A stretch of 64,000 nucleotides of DNA from an uncultured Bacilli bacterium (GCA_944373145.1 CALWAL010000007.1:26005-90004), one strand, 5' to 3'; shown: positions 1 to 10,342, numbered from the stretch's first letter. Translations and numbers: made by a program. Notes: a model not told the origin generated them from the sequence alone.

Positions 1-1119
1 CCTAGCATGAGTAAACTTTGCAAAGAAGATGAAGAAGTTAAAGAAAAATGTGCAGAAATTACCAGAAAATTGCAAGATGGTGATTTGGAATATCACCAAT
101 ATTTTGAAAAAATCTGTGAAGTATCAGAAAACGATATTTTGGGAATTTATAAATATTTAGATGTTTCATTTGATTTGTGGTTAGGTGAAAGTGATGCTTA
201 TCCATTTATTCCTAATGTTGAGAAATTATTTTTAGAAAAAGGATTGCTTAAAGAAAGCGAAGGGGCTCTTGTTGTCGATGTCAAAAAAGAAACTGATAAT
301 AAAGAAATTCCACCACTTGTCTTTAAAAAAAGTAACGGAGCATATTTGTATGCTACGACAGATTTAGCCACTATTTACGATCGTGTAACTAATCTTCACC
401 CAGACCACATTTTATATGTAACTGATAGTCGTCAAGCATTACATTTTGAACAAGTTTTTAGAGCTTCAGCCCTAGCTTCCTTAGCACCTTACCAAATGTT
501 TGAACATTTAGGTTATGGAACGGTTAATGGTCAAGACGGAAAACCTTATAAAACGCGTAGTGGGGATTCTCCTAAACTTCAAAACTTATTTAACCAAGCC
601 CGTGAGATTTTAATTTCAAAAAAAGAAACTAATTCTAATATGAAAGACGAAGATATTGATAAGATTGTTAATGCAGTTTTAAAATTTGCAGATTTGCAAA
701 ACAATCGAGAGAGAGATTATATTTTTGATATTAGTAAATTTTCAGAAACTGTTGGTAAAACAGGACCATATATTTTATATACTTATCTTAGACTTCAAAA
801 AATTATTGGTAATATCGATATTAATATTAATAATTTTTCAAATAATATATATAATAATTATGATCGCGATTTACGATTAAAGTTAATTGAATTACATTAT
901 TCATTTAATAGTGCTTATCAATATAGAATGCCACATTATATTGCAGATTATGTATATGATGTTTGTGTTTTAGCCAATGCATTCTACCAAAATAACCGTA
1001 TAAATGGTTTAGAAGACGAAGAAAAGAAACATGATTGGATGACTTTGTTAGGACTTACTAACAAAATTATTAAAGAAATGTTATCTTTATTAGTTATAGA
1101 AATACCTACAGAGATGTAG
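1..1119 (+). CDS. argS: Arginyl-tRNA ligase, 5'-truncated by the window edge
   Basis: Frame is open from base 1. It has the ArgRS motifs KSNGAYLYATTDLA, YVTDSRQALHF, a KMSKS-like KPYKTRSG and the DALR anticodon domain (GKTGPYILYTYLR). Confidence 0.95.
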   Translation, partial: PSMSKLCKEDEEVKEKCAEITRKLQDGDLEYHQYFEKICEVSENDILGIYKYLDVSFDLWLGESDAYPFIPNVEKLFLEKGLLKESEGALVVDVKKETDNKEIPPLVFKKSNGAYLYATTDLATIYDRVTNLHPDHILYVTDSRQALHFEQVFRASALASLAPYQMFEHLGYGTVNGQDGKPYKTRSGDSPKLQNLFNQAREILISKKETNSNMKDEDIDKIVNAVLKFADLQNNRERDYIFDISKFSETVGKTGPYILYTYLRLQKIIGNIDININNFSNNIYNNYDRDLRLKLIELHYSFNSAYQYRMPHYIADYVYDVCVLANAFYQNNRINGLEDEEKKHDWMTLLGLTNKIIKEMLSLLVIEIPTEM

Positions 1120-1134
1120 ATAGTGGAGGAATTT

Positions 1135-1572
1135 ATGAGTTTAAAAGAAATGTCACAAGACGAATTAGAATTATTATCTTATGCCGATTTAACGGAAATG
1201 ATTTTATTAGAAAATAAACATGCGATGAATACGCCAAGTATTTTCCGTCAAATATGTGATTTATTGGGTCTTACTGATGAAGATTACACTAATAAAATTG
1301 GGGATTTTTATACATCGCTTACAACTGATAAAAGATTTTTACTTTTAGAAGGTGCTGAATGGGATTTAAAAGACCGTCATGTTATTGATATTGTTGTTGA
1401 AGATGACGATGAAGAAGATGATGAAGAAATAGAAGAAAAAATGGATGAAGAAGTAAGTTTAGAGGACGAAGAAGTAGAAGAAAATTATGATGATGAAGAC
1501 ACGCTAGATGATGATACTGATGATTTAGATGATTTAGTAGTTATGAGTGATGATGAAATTGAAGGGGAATAA
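1135..1572 (+). CDS. rpoE: DNA-directed RNA polymerase delta subunit
   Basis: IGDFYTSLTTDKRF...WDLK N-domain plus a long D/E tail. GGAGG RBS precedes the ATG at 1135. Confidence 0.92.
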   Translation: MSLKEMSQDELELLSYADLTEMILLENKHAMNTPSIFRQICDLLGLTDEDYTNKIGDFYTSLTTDKRFLLLEGAEWDLKDRHVIDIVVEDDDEEDDEEIEEKMDEEVSLEDEEVEENYDDEDTLDDDTDDLDDLVVMSDDEIEGE

Positions 1573-1586
1573 GCCCTTCTTTTTTA
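1561..1586 (+). terminator. Rho-independent terminator after rpoE
   Basis: GAAGGG...CCCTTC stem followed by a T-run. Confidence 0.7.
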
Positions 1587-1592
1587 TTATAA

Positions 1593-1625
1593 AAAATAAA
1601 CTGACGTAATAAGTCAGTTTATTTT
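1593..1625. promoter_or_regulatory. Perfect 13-bp inverted repeat (operator or second terminator) upstream of the XRE-ABC gene
   Basis: AAAATAAACTGAC-gtaataa-GTCAGTTTATTTT. Confidence 0.5.
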
Positions 1626-1661
1626 AAAGCAAAATATGTTATGATGAGATTGGTGATAGAT

Positions 1662-2642
1662 ATGGATCAAATTAAAATGGGACAATTTATTAGTGAATTA
1701 AGAAAAGAAAAAGGATTAACGCAAAAAGATATTGGAGATAAATTAAACATAACGGATAATTCTGTTTCTAAATGGGAAAGAGGTATTAATGCTCCAGATA
1801 TATATTATTTAGGACCATTATCAGAAATTTTAGGTGTAAGTGTGAAAGAATTGTTAAATGGTGAAAGAAATATTCGTAAAAGAAAAATAAAAAAAGCTGA
1901 TAAAAAAATTGTATTAGAGACTAAAAATTTATCTAAAAATTTTGGAAATAAGAAAATCCTTAAAGCGATAAATATGAAGATTTATGAAGGAGATATCGTT
2001 GGACTGATTGGGCCTAATGGGGCGGGGAAAACAACTTTTATAAAAACAATATTAAATCTTTATAAGGAAAGAGAAGGAGAAGTGTTTATTTGTGGGATAA
2101 ATATTGATCAAGATTTTGAGAAAGCTATTTCGAATGTTGGATGTGTAATTGAAAATCCTGATTTATATCCTCATTTAAGCGGATACAAAAATATCAAGAT
2201 AGTATCACTTTTAAACAATATTAAAGATGATGAATATATTGAAAAGATTGTTAAATTGTTTAAATTAAATGCTAGAATTAAAGACAAAGTAAAAAAATAT
2301 TCACTTGGTATGAAACAAAGATTAGGTATCGTCTGTGCTCTAATTAAAAAACCTAAATTATTAATATTAGATGAACCAACTAACGGGCTTGATCCTCTAG
2401 GGATAAAGGAATTAAGAGATATAATTAAAAATATAAGTGAGGATATGAATGTAACTGTATTAATTAGTAGTCATATATTATCTGAAATAGAAAACATTTG
2501 TGATCGAATTGTTATTATTGATAATGGATATATAATTGACGAAATTGATATTGATGATATGAAGTCACATGAAATATCTTTAGAGCAAGAATTTCTGAAG
2601 TTAACTAGTGGTACAGTTGGGCAAATTGGCGGTGAATTATGA
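1662..2642 (+). CDS. XRE-family HTH domain fused to an ABC transporter ATP-binding domain
   Basis: N-terminus LRKEKGLTQKDIGDKLNITDNSVSKWERG is an HTH_3. It is followed by Walker A GPNGAGKTT, signature YSLGMKQR, Walker B LLILDEP and the H-loop SSH. Start placed at ATG 1662 behind a GGTGA RBS. Confidence 0.88.
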   Translation: MDQIKMGQFISELRKEKGLTQKDIGDKLNITDNSVSKWERGINAPDIYYLGPLSEILGVSVKELLNGERNIRKRKIKKADKKIVLETKNLSKNFGNKKILKAINMKIYEGDIVGLIGPNGAGKTTFIKTILNLYKEREGEVFICGINIDQDFEKAISNVGCVIENPDLYPHLSGYKNIKIVSLLNNIKDDEYIEKIVKLFKLNARIKDKVKKYSLGMKQRLGIVCALIKKPKLLILDEPTNGLDPLGIKELRDIIKNISEDMNVTVLISSHILSEIENICDRIVIIDNGYIIDEIDIDDMKSHEISLEQEFLKLTSGTVGQIGGEL

Positions 2643-4165
2643 AAATTATAAATCTTGTGAAGTGCGAATTTATTAAGAATTATACTTTTAAAAAAATTAT
2701 AGGTGTACTTATAATATTGATTTTTTCAGTTGTTGGAGTAACAGCGTCCCAAGAATATTGCTTTTCATATAGTTCTTCAGTCACAACTGAACTTGATTAT
2801 TTTGAAAATGAATATCAATTTATTTTAGAGTATCCAAGTGAAGATGTTGATTATCAATTGTATCAAGAATATATATTGCCTAAGACAATTTCGGCTTACA
2901 AAAAATTATTGACATTAGAAGATTGTGAAGAATTTAATTATGAAAGTTGGCAATTAACATTAACAAGAGAAAAAATCAGTTTAGAAAAACAATTATATTT
3001 TATTGATAAATATTTAAATAAAGAATTTGTATCTTTAGAGTGGCTTGAACATGATGAAGCTTTATCTGCTGTTAAAGTATTATCTAATTTAAATAGTGAT
3101 GAGTTACTAGTACGTAAAGATGAAATTAATAATATAATTAAGCAATATGATTTATTAATTACTGAAAATAAATTTTATAAGTATGTCGAGTATGAAATAA
3201 GTAAATATGAAAATAATGGTGTATCACTGATAATAAATGATACTAATATTAGTATGTTCCAAAAAATTGTAAATAAGAAAATAGAATCTGAAAGACATTA
3301 TTATGTTTTAAATATATATAGTTTACTTAATTTTGTTTCAACTGGTTATGATAGTAAATATGTAGAAAAAATAGCTAAAGAAGAAAAGGCAAAATATAAA
3401 AGTATATTAGAGTATGCAATAAAAAATGATATTAAACATGATTTATCTAATAATGGTATTGTAGATATGAATAGTGATTATTTTTATATGACTTCTAAAA
3501 AAGTAGTTAATCAAATTTTTAGTTTAAGCATTGTAATTATGATTTTAGTTATTTTAACTAGTGGTGATATAGTTAGTAAAGAACACAGTTTAGGAACAGA
3601 AAGAATGATTATGACTTCTCCCAATAAAAGATGGAAAATATTACTTAGTAAATTTATCTATATGGTTTTAAATGTGTATATTATGTGGTTTATAGCACTT
3701 TTATTATTGTCAATATATGCTAGTGTAAAATATGGAGTTATTGATTTATTTACACCAAAATTAATATATTTTAATAATAAAGTTATAGAAGTAAATTATT
3801 ATTTATATATAATAATAAAATTATTTTATGTGAGTATACCAGTTATTTCACTAATAACGCTTGTTTTTATGTTATCCACCATTACACTAAATACAACAAT
3901 TACAGTGGGAATTGCGATGGCTATGACTGTTATATCCCCATTTTTATGGTACTTTATTCAACAATTTAAAATAATTTTATTAGCATACACTCCAATACCT
4001 TACTTTATGTTCAGCCAAGTAATAAACTTAAATGTAAACTATTTAAAAACTATGGAATTTACAATGATATCTGAAAGTTATGGAATATTTATTTCTATAT
4101 TAACTATTGTTGTATGTTATATAATTTCACTTGTCGTATATATTAAAAGAGACGTAAAAAACTAA
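2639..4165 (+). CDS. ABC-2 type transporter permease with large extracellular loop
   Basis: N-terminal TM, long loop, then about five TMs. GDIVSKEHSLGT..MIMTSPNKRWKILLSK motif. ATGA overlap with the ATPase gene. Confidence 0.85.
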   Translation: MKIINLVKCEFIKNYTFKKIIGVLIILIFSVVGVTASQEYCFSYSSSVTTELDYFENEYQFILEYPSEDVDYQLYQEYILPKTISAYKKLLTLEDCEEFNYESWQLTLTREKISLEKQLYFIDKYLNKEFVSLEWLEHDEALSAVKVLSNLNSDELLVRKDEINNIIKQYDLLITENKFYKYVEYEISKYENNGVSLIINDTNISMFQKIVNKKIESERHYYVLNIYSLLNFVSTGYDSKYVEKIAKEEKAKYKSILEYAIKNDIKHDLSNNGIVDMNSDYFYMTSKKVVNQIFSLSIVIMILVILTSGDIVSKEHSLGTERMIMTSPNKRWKILLSKFIYMVLNVYIMWFIALLLLSIYASVKYGVIDLFTPKLIYFNNKVIEVNYYLYIIIKLFYVSIPVISLITLVFMLSTITLNTTITVGIAMAMTVISPFLWYFIQQFKIILLAYTPIPYFMFSQVINLNVNYLKTMEFTMISESYGIFISILTIVVCYIISLVVYIKRDVKN

Positions 4166-4243
4166 GTCTTTTTTACTTCTTTGTTTTTCTTGCTTTAAAG
4201 AAGACTTTATAGTATAATTTTGTTGTTCGGAAAGGAGATAAGT

Positions 4244-5299
4244 ATGATAGAGAGATTAGAAACGATAGAGAAGCGCTTTAATGAAATAACTGAAGAATTA
4301 ACGAAGCCTGAGACTTTATCTAATATTAAACTTACTTTAGAACTTAATAAAGAGCAAGCAAGTTTAAAAGATACCTATGATGCTTTTCAAATATACAAAC
4401 GTATTTTAGCGGATATAGAAGCAGCTACTGAAATGTTAAAAGATCCTAGTATGGGAGAATTTGCTAAAGAAGAGTTATCTAATTTGCAAACAGAGAAAGC
4501 TAATATGGATGCTAAATTAGAGATTCTATTATTGCCAAAAGACCCTAATGATGGTAAAAATGTTATTATTGAAATTAGAGGTGCAGCCGGTGGTGATGAA
4601 GGAAATATTTTTGCGGGAGATTTATTTAGAATGTATTCCAAATATGCTGAACATCAAGGATGGAAGATTGAAGTATATACGGAAGAACCAGGTGAATCTG
4701 GTGGATATTCTCAAATTGAATTTTTGGTTAAAGGAGATAACGTTTATTCTAAATTAAAATATGAATCAGGTGCTCATCGTGTTCAACGGGTTCCAGAAAC
4801 AGAATCTCAAGGAAGAGTTCATACTTCAACAGCTACTGTTTTAGTAATGCCTGAGGCTGAAGAAGTTGATTATGCTTTAGATATGAATGAAGTGCGTGTT
4901 GATATTACAAGAAGTTCTGGATGTGGTGGTCAGGGTGTAAATACAACTGATAGTGCGGTTCGTCTAACTCATATTCCAACAGGTTTAGTTGTATATTCAC
5001 AAACAGAACGTTCACAAATAAAAAACAAGGAAAAAGCTATTAAAATATTACAAACTCGTCTTTATAATTTAAAAATGGAAGAACGTGAAGCTGAATTAGG
5101 AGCTGAACGTAAAAGTAAGATTGGTACAGGCGATCGCAGTGAAAAAATAAGAACATATAACTATCCACAAAATCGTGTTACAGATCATCGTATTGGTTTT
5201 ACAACAAAACAATTGGATAGGGTCATGGAAGGTGCTTTAGATGAAATTATTGAAGCTTTAATTAATGAAGATCAAACACGTAAATTAAGGGGCGAATAG
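4244..5299 (+). CDS. prfA: Peptide chain release factor 1
   Basis: GGQ motif (GCGGQGVNTTDSAVR), PxT (VPET) and RTYNYPQ. AAGGAG RBS precedes ATG 4244. Confidence 0.97.
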   Translation: MIERLETIEKRFNEITEELTKPETLSNIKLTLELNKEQASLKDTYDAFQIYKRILADIEAATEMLKDPSMGEFAKEELSNLQTEKANMDAKLEILLLPKDPNDGKNVIIEIRGAAGGDEGNIFAGDLFRMYSKYAEHQGWKIEVYTEEPGESGGYSQIEFLVKGDNVYSKLKYESGAHRVQRVPETESQGRVHTSTATVLVMPEAEEVDYALDMNEVRVDITRSSGCGGQGVNTTDSAVRLTHIPTGLVVYSQTERSQIKNKEKAIKILQTRLYNLKMEEREAELGAERKSKIGTGDRSEKIRTYNYPQNRVTDHRIGFTTKQLDRVMEGALDEIIEALINEDQTRKLRGE

Positions 5300-5339
5300 A
5301 AAGTAAAAACTTTCTTTTTTACTATGTAGAAGGAGTCTT

Positions 5340-6053
5340 ATGAGTGATCGAGAATATTTAAAAAAATATTTAAAACCCGATTTATTAGAACAAGGTTTAA
5401 AGCGATTGGAAAATGGCGAGCCAGTTCAATATATTATTGGTAATGTTGATTTTTATGGATATAAATTTGAGATTGATAAAAGGGTTTTAATTCCTCGCTT
5501 TGAAACTGAAGAATTAATTGAAAAGACTATTAATTATTTAAAATCGTTTCCAGATAATGTAAAAATTATTGATTTAGGTACCGGTAGTGGTTGTATTGCT
5601 ATTACATTAAAAAAATTATTACCTCAAGCATCAATAACAGCGGTTGATATATCAGAGCAAGCTTTAGAAGTGGCTAGAGTTAATGCTTCTAATTTGAAGG
5701 CTGATATTACTTTTATTAAAAGTGATATGTTAGATGGAGTTGATGGAACTTTCGATGTTATTATTTCAAATCCTCCATATATTGCTTATGATGAAGAAAT
5801 AATGAAAATAGTTAAAAATAATGAGCCTAAACAAGCTTTATATGCTGCAAATGAAGGCTTATATTACTATGAACAAATATTAAAAAATTGTCCTAAATAT
5901 TTGCAAAATAAATTTCTTATTGCTTTTGAAATTGGGCAAACACAAGGAGAAAAAATTAAATCTTTGGCTTATAAATATTTAGACAATATTACAGTTGACA
6001 TTGTTAAAGATATACAAGGTTTAGACCGGTTCATTTTCATTAAGAATAACTAA
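5340..6053 (+). CDS. prmC: Release factor glutamine N5-methyltransferase (short N-domain)
   Basis: VLIPRFETE, DLGTGSGCIA and NPPY motifs. Lies directly after prfA. Confidence 0.93.
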   Translation: MSDREYLKKYLKPDLLEQGLKRLENGEPVQYIIGNVDFYGYKFEIDKRVLIPRFETEELIEKTINYLKSFPDNVKIIDLGTGSGCIAITLKKLLPQASITAVDISEQALEVARVNASNLKADITFIKSDMLDGVDGTFDVIISNPPYIAYDEEIMKIVKNNEPKQALYAANEGLYYYEQILKNCPKYLQNKFLIAFEIGQTQGEKIKSLAYKYLDNITVDIVKDIQGLDRFIFIKNN

Positions 6054-6370
6054 AAAAGGTTATTCTTTTATTAATGATAAAGTTATTAAAAATAATGAGA
6101 TAGAAGATAGTTCTAAATTTAAATGTGCATTAGGTCAAATTATTATACTTATCATATTTGATTATAAAACTTTAATGATTTTGTTTATAATTTCATTAGT
6201 AGTTTTATTTATTGTAAATATTTTTAGTAAATTCCAATTGCATAGAAATAAATAGATGATATCTCGATTTTTATGCTTTGAAAAAATAGATAATTCCAAA
6301 TCTATTTTTTTATTAAACGTTACTTTTTTTTAGGCAATTGTGTTATAATGTTACTTGTGTAGGTGATGGT

Positions 6371-6988
6371 ATGATAGATGAAGAAGTAGTAAATTTTTAC
6401 GGGTATCCACTTAAAGTTAATCGCTATGTTTTAACACCAAGTGTTGAAACAGAACAATTAATATCGAGAACAATTAATAATTTAGTTGATTTTGATTGCC
6501 CTAAAATTGCTGATATTGGAACGGGTAGTGGGTGCATTGGCATTGCTTTAAAAAAAGAAATTAATTGTGATGTAACTTTAGTTGATATTAGTAATAAGGC
6601 TTTAGATGTTGCTGAGTATAATGCTAAAGAAAATGAAGCTGACGTTGAGTTATTATTAGGCAGTTTTTTAGAACCTTTGACTGCAAAATATGACTGTATT
6701 ATTTCTAATCCAATGTACTTATCTTATGGTGATGATGTGGCTGAGATTGTAGCTCGTTCAGAACCTGTTATCGCTCATTATCAGGGGACTGACGGTTTAG
6801 CGTGTTATGATGCTATCTTAAAAGATGCCAAGAAACATTTGAAAGATCATTTTTTAATTGCTTTTCAACTAGGAGATACGCCTGTTATACCATTACAAAA
6901 AAAGATAAAACAGTATTTTCCAACTGAGCAGGTATGGATAGAACAAGATATGAATAAACGTGATATGTTTTTATTTATTAGAGGTTAG
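6371..6988 (+). CDS. Second HemK/PrmC-like SAM-dependent methyltransferase (NPMY variant)
   Basis: VLTPSVETE, DIGTGSGCIG and SNPMY. Colinear with the upstream PrmC but lacks its N-terminal helices. Confidence 0.8.
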   Translation: MIDEEVVNFYGYPLKVNRYVLTPSVETEQLISRTINNLVDFDCPKIADIGTGSGCIGIALKKEINCDVTLVDISNKALDVAEYNAKENEADVELLLGSFLEPLTAKYDCIISNPMYLSYGDDVAEIVARSEPVIAHYQGTDGLACYDAILKDAKKHLKDHFLIAFQLGDTPVIPLQKKIKQYFPTEQVWIEQDMNKRDMFLFIRG

Positions 6989-6990
6989 TT

Positions 6991-7608
6991 ATGGATTTAT
7001 GGCAATATGAAAAAGAATTATTTAAGCAAAATATTAATATTATTGGTGGTGTTGACGAAGTAGGACGTGGTCCTTTAATAGGACCTGTTGTTGCTGCTTG
7101 CTGTGTTTTGCCTGCTGATTTTGAATTAGATGGATTAACAGATTCTAAAAAATTAAGTGAGAAAAAAAGAGAAAAGTTTTATGATTATATTATTGAACAT
7201 TGTGTAGCTTATGGCGTAGGTATTATTTCACCTGAAGTAATTGATGAAGTAAATATTTATGAAGCGACTAAATTAGCAATGAAAGAGGCTATTAAACAGG
7301 TTCAAAAGCAAATTAAACTTGAATATGTGTTAATAGATGCAATGCCTCTTGATTTAGATATTCCAACTAATTCGATTATTAAAGGTGATGCTAAAAGCAT
7401 TAGTATTGCTGCTGCTTCTGTTATAGCAAAAGTTACTAGGGATCGAATGATGACTGAATTGGATAAAGAATATCCAGAATATGGTTTTGCGAAACATAAA
7501 GGGTATCCCACTAAAGCACATATTGAAGCAATCCATCAATATGGTTTAATTGATGGTTATCGCAAAACATATGGACCAGTTAAGGAAGTATTGGAGGTAT
7601 GTAAATGA
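6991..7608 (+). CDS. rnhB: Ribonuclease HII
   Basis: GVDEVGRGPL, DSKKL, IDA, KGDAKS.SIAAASVIAKVTRD and HKGYPT. Confidence 0.96.
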   Translation: MDLWQYEKELFKQNINIIGGVDEVGRGPLIGPVVAACCVLPADFELDGLTDSKKLSEKKREKFYDYIIEHCVAYGVGIISPEVIDEVNIYEATKLAMKEAIKQVQKQIKLEYVLIDAMPLDLDIPTNSIIKGDAKSISIAAASVIAKVTRDRMMTELDKEYPEYGFAKHKGYPTKAHIEAIHQYGLIDGYRKTYGPVKEVLEVCK

Positions 7609-8537
7609 AAGTATTTTTAATTTCTCATATCGCTGATGCTGATGGTATTATGCCAGTTATTTTATCTAAATTAGTATTTAAGGATTTAGAGTATAAACTG
7701 TTAGAAAATAGCGAAGTAGAAGATTTTATGAGTAATGCTTTTAATGATAATTTTTTTGATAAATATGATCAAGTTTTTATGACTGATTTATGTATTAGTG
7801 AAACATTAGCTGAAAAAATTAATAATTCATCATTTAAAGATAAGTTTCAAGTACTTGATCACCATATTTCTGGTATTGAACTTAACCGTTATTCATTTAT
7901 TACGGTTATTGATGAAGAAAATGGGGTAAAAGAGAGTGGAACTTCTCTTTATTATAAATATTTATTAAAGCATTATCCTATTAAAATTTTAGCGCGACCT
8001 TCTGTATCTGTTATGGTTTCTTTGGTTAGACTTGGTGACACTTGGGAGTGGAAAAAATATAATCGTGAAGATGCACGTCATTTAATGACTATTCTAAGTT
8101 ATTATGGCGTAGAAAAATTTATTAATAACTATGTTGATTTTTTATTAGCTAATGATGAATTTTATTATACTGAAACTGAAAAAATGTTAATTGAAACGGA
8201 TTGTAAACGTATGAATGATTATATTGAAAATAAAAAGTCCCAAGTTATTTTTAAAGAGATTAAAGGATATAAAACGGGTATCGTTTTTGCTGAATTATAC
8301 CGTAGTGAACTTGGGAGTGCTTTAGCAGAATTTTATTCTGATGTCGACTTAATTATTGTAATCAATTTAAGTCGTAGTATTAGTTATCGTTCAGTTAAGG
8401 ATAACATTAATGTAAATGAATTTGCCCAGTCTTTTGGCGGTAAAGGGCATCAAAAAGCTTCTGGTAGCCCACTACCTTTAGGTTTAAAAGAAAATATTAT
8501 TAATTACATTTTTGGGAGGGACAACAATGAATATTAA
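7605..8537 (+). CDS. DHH/DHHA1 family phosphoesterase (oligoribonuclease-like)
   Basis: SH.ADADG, TDL, LDHH and C-terminal GGKGHQKASG. Confidence 0.85.
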   Translation: MKVFLISHIADADGIMPVILSKLVFKDLEYKLLENSEVEDFMSNAFNDNFFDKYDQVFMTDLCISETLAEKINNSSFKDKFQVLDHHISGIELNRYSFITVIDEENGVKESGTSLYYKYLLKHYPIKILARPSVSVMVSLVRLGDTWEWKKYNREDARHLMTILSYYGVEKFINNYVDFLLANDEFYYTETEKMLIETDCKRMNDYIENKKSQVIFKEIKGYKTGIVFAELYRSELGSALAEFYSDVDLIIVINLSRSISYRSVKDNINVNEFAQSFGGKGHQKASGSPLPLGLKENIINYIFGRDNNEY

Positions 8538-9042
8538 TTGTATTAAAGTTGGTTATTTAAGAACGAATTGTTATATTTTAGAAAAAGATAATAAAGTTTT
8601 AGTTTTTGATCCAGCGGATGAATATTTACGTATTAAAGAAGTAATTGGCGATAACGAGGTTGTTGGTGTTATTATTACGCATCATCATCCTGATCATGTT
8701 GGCGCTTTAGAGTATTTTGATGCGGATGTAATTTATGATTTTTATAATTTAGAAGAAGGCGTAAATGAAATTGGCCCATTTAAATTTGAAATTATTTATA
8801 CACCAGGTCATAAAGAAGATTCGATTACAACTTATTTCAAAGATTATAAATTTATGATTACTGGTGATTTTTTATTTTATCAAAGTATTGGGCGAACTGA
8901 TTTTCCAGGAGGAAGCAATGAAGCGATGATATCATCGTTAAAAAAGATTATTGACTATCCTAACGATGTGATGATTTATCCTGGGCATGGCAAACCATCT
9001 GTTTTAGGTAATGAAAAAACCTATATAGTATCTTTACTTTAA
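8527..9042 (+). CDS. MBL-fold metallo-hydrolase (glyoxalase II-like)
   Basis: THHHPDHVG, TPGH, TGDFLF and YPGHG. Confidence 0.9.
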   Translation: MNINCIKVGYLRTNCYILEKDNKVLVFDPADEYLRIKEVIGDNEVVGVIITHHHPDHVGALEYFDADVIYDFYNLEEGVNEIGPFKFEIIYTPGHKEDSITTYFKDYKFMITGDFLFYQSIGRTDFPGGSNEAMISSLKKIIDYPNDVMIYPGHGKPSVLGNEKTYIVSLL

Positions 9043-9074
9043 AATAAAAGAATGTTATAATAAACTTGTTTTGA

Positions 9075-9290
9075 AAAAGCGAAGATGAAAGAGTAGTAAC
9101 AAATTAACTGATTAATAGAGAGTTCATGGTTGGTGGAAAATGAATATGAGGTATTTGTGAATTCACTTTCTAGCATTATAAAAGAAAATTTATAACGGTG
9201 ACGCGTTATAGTCTTAAGGCTAGTTTTGCTAGTGAATTAAGGTGGTACCACGTCAATCACGTCCTTATTAGGATGTGATTTTTTTTATAA
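9075..9290 (+). promoter_or_regulatory. Phe-specific T-box riboswitch leader
   Basis: AGAGAG and GGTTGGTGGAAA stem-I motifs. Specifier GAA-TTC-AC (UUC = Phe) at 9162-9164. T-box AATTAAGGTGGTACCACG at 9235-9252. Terminator AATCACGTCCT-tatt-AGGATGTGATT-T7 lies directly upstream of pheS. Confidence 0.93.
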
Positions 9291-9300
9291 GGAGGTCATT

Positions 9301-10341
9301 ATGGAAAATAAAGAAGAAATATTAAAAAATTTAAAAGAAAAATTAGATAGTGTTACTAATTTAAATAGTTTAAATGATGTTAAAACAGAATTTTTAGGTA
9401 AAAAAGGAAGTATAACTGCACTTTCTTCAATAATTGGTTCCTTACCAGTTGAGGAAAAGAAAACTTTTGGGGCTGAGTTAAATAAATTAAAGGCTGAAGC
9501 AACATCATTATTAGAAAGTAAAAGAGAAGAAATTGAAACTAAAATTTTAAATGAAAAATTGGCTAATGAAAAAATTGATATTAGTTTACCTAGTACGAAA
9601 CTACCAGTAGGAGCACCAAATATTTTGGAACATTTAATAGAAGAAGTAGAAGAAGTATTTATGTCAATGGGGTATGATGTGGTCGATGGGCCAGAAATTG
9701 AAGAAGATAAATATAATTTTGAATTATTAAATATTCCAAAGGGGCATCCAGCACGTGATGCGCAAGATACTTTTTATATTGAAGACGAAACAATTTTATT
9801 ACGTAGTCAAACATCTCCAGTACAAGTTAGAACGATGTTAAGTACTGACGGTAATACTCCAGTTAGAATGATTTGCCCTGGTAAAACTTATAGAAGAGAT
9901 GCTGATGATGCAACACATTCACATCAATTTATGCAAATAGAAGGTTTATTAGTTGATAAAAATATTAGTTTATCTGATTTAAAGGGAACTTTTGATGTGA
10001 TTGCTAAAAAATTATTTGGAGAAGATTGTCGTACTCGTTTTAGACCAAGTTATTACCAGTTTACGGAACCATCAGTTGAAACGGATATTTCTTGCTTTAA
10101 ATGTCATGGTGAAGGATGTTCACTTTGTAAAAATACTGGGTGGATAACGGTATCAGGTGCTGGTATGGTTCACCCTAATGTTCTTCGTAACTGCGGTTAT
10201 GATCCTAATGTTTGGAGTGGGTTCGCTTTCGGTTTCGGGGCTGAACGTTTAGCAATGCTAAAGTATGGAATTAATGATATTCGAACATTCTATCAAACGG
10301 ATTTGAGAGAATCCGCAACATTCGATAGAAAGGAGGCTTAA
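9301..10341 (+). CDS. pheS: Phenylalanyl-tRNA ligase alpha subunit
   Basis: HPARDAQDTFY, LLRSQTSPVQ, FRPSYYQFTEPS and FAFGFGAERLAMLKYG. Confidence 0.97.
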   Translation: MENKEEILKNLKEKLDSVTNLNSLNDVKTEFLGKKGSITALSSIIGSLPVEEKKTFGAELNKLKAEATSLLESKREEIETKILNEKLANEKIDISLPSTKLPVGAPNILEHLIEEVEEVFMSMGYDVVDGPEIEEDKYNFELLNIPKGHPARDAQDTFYIEDETILLRSQTSPVQVRTMLSTDGNTPVRMICPGKTYRRDADDATHSHQFMQIEGLLVDKNISLSDLKGTFDVIAKKLFGEDCRTRFRPSYYQFTEPSVETDISCFKCHGEGCSLCKNTGWITVSGAGMVHPNVLRNCGYDPNVWSGFAFGFGAERLAMLKYGINDIRTFYQTDLRESATFDRKEA

Positions 10342-10342
10342 A

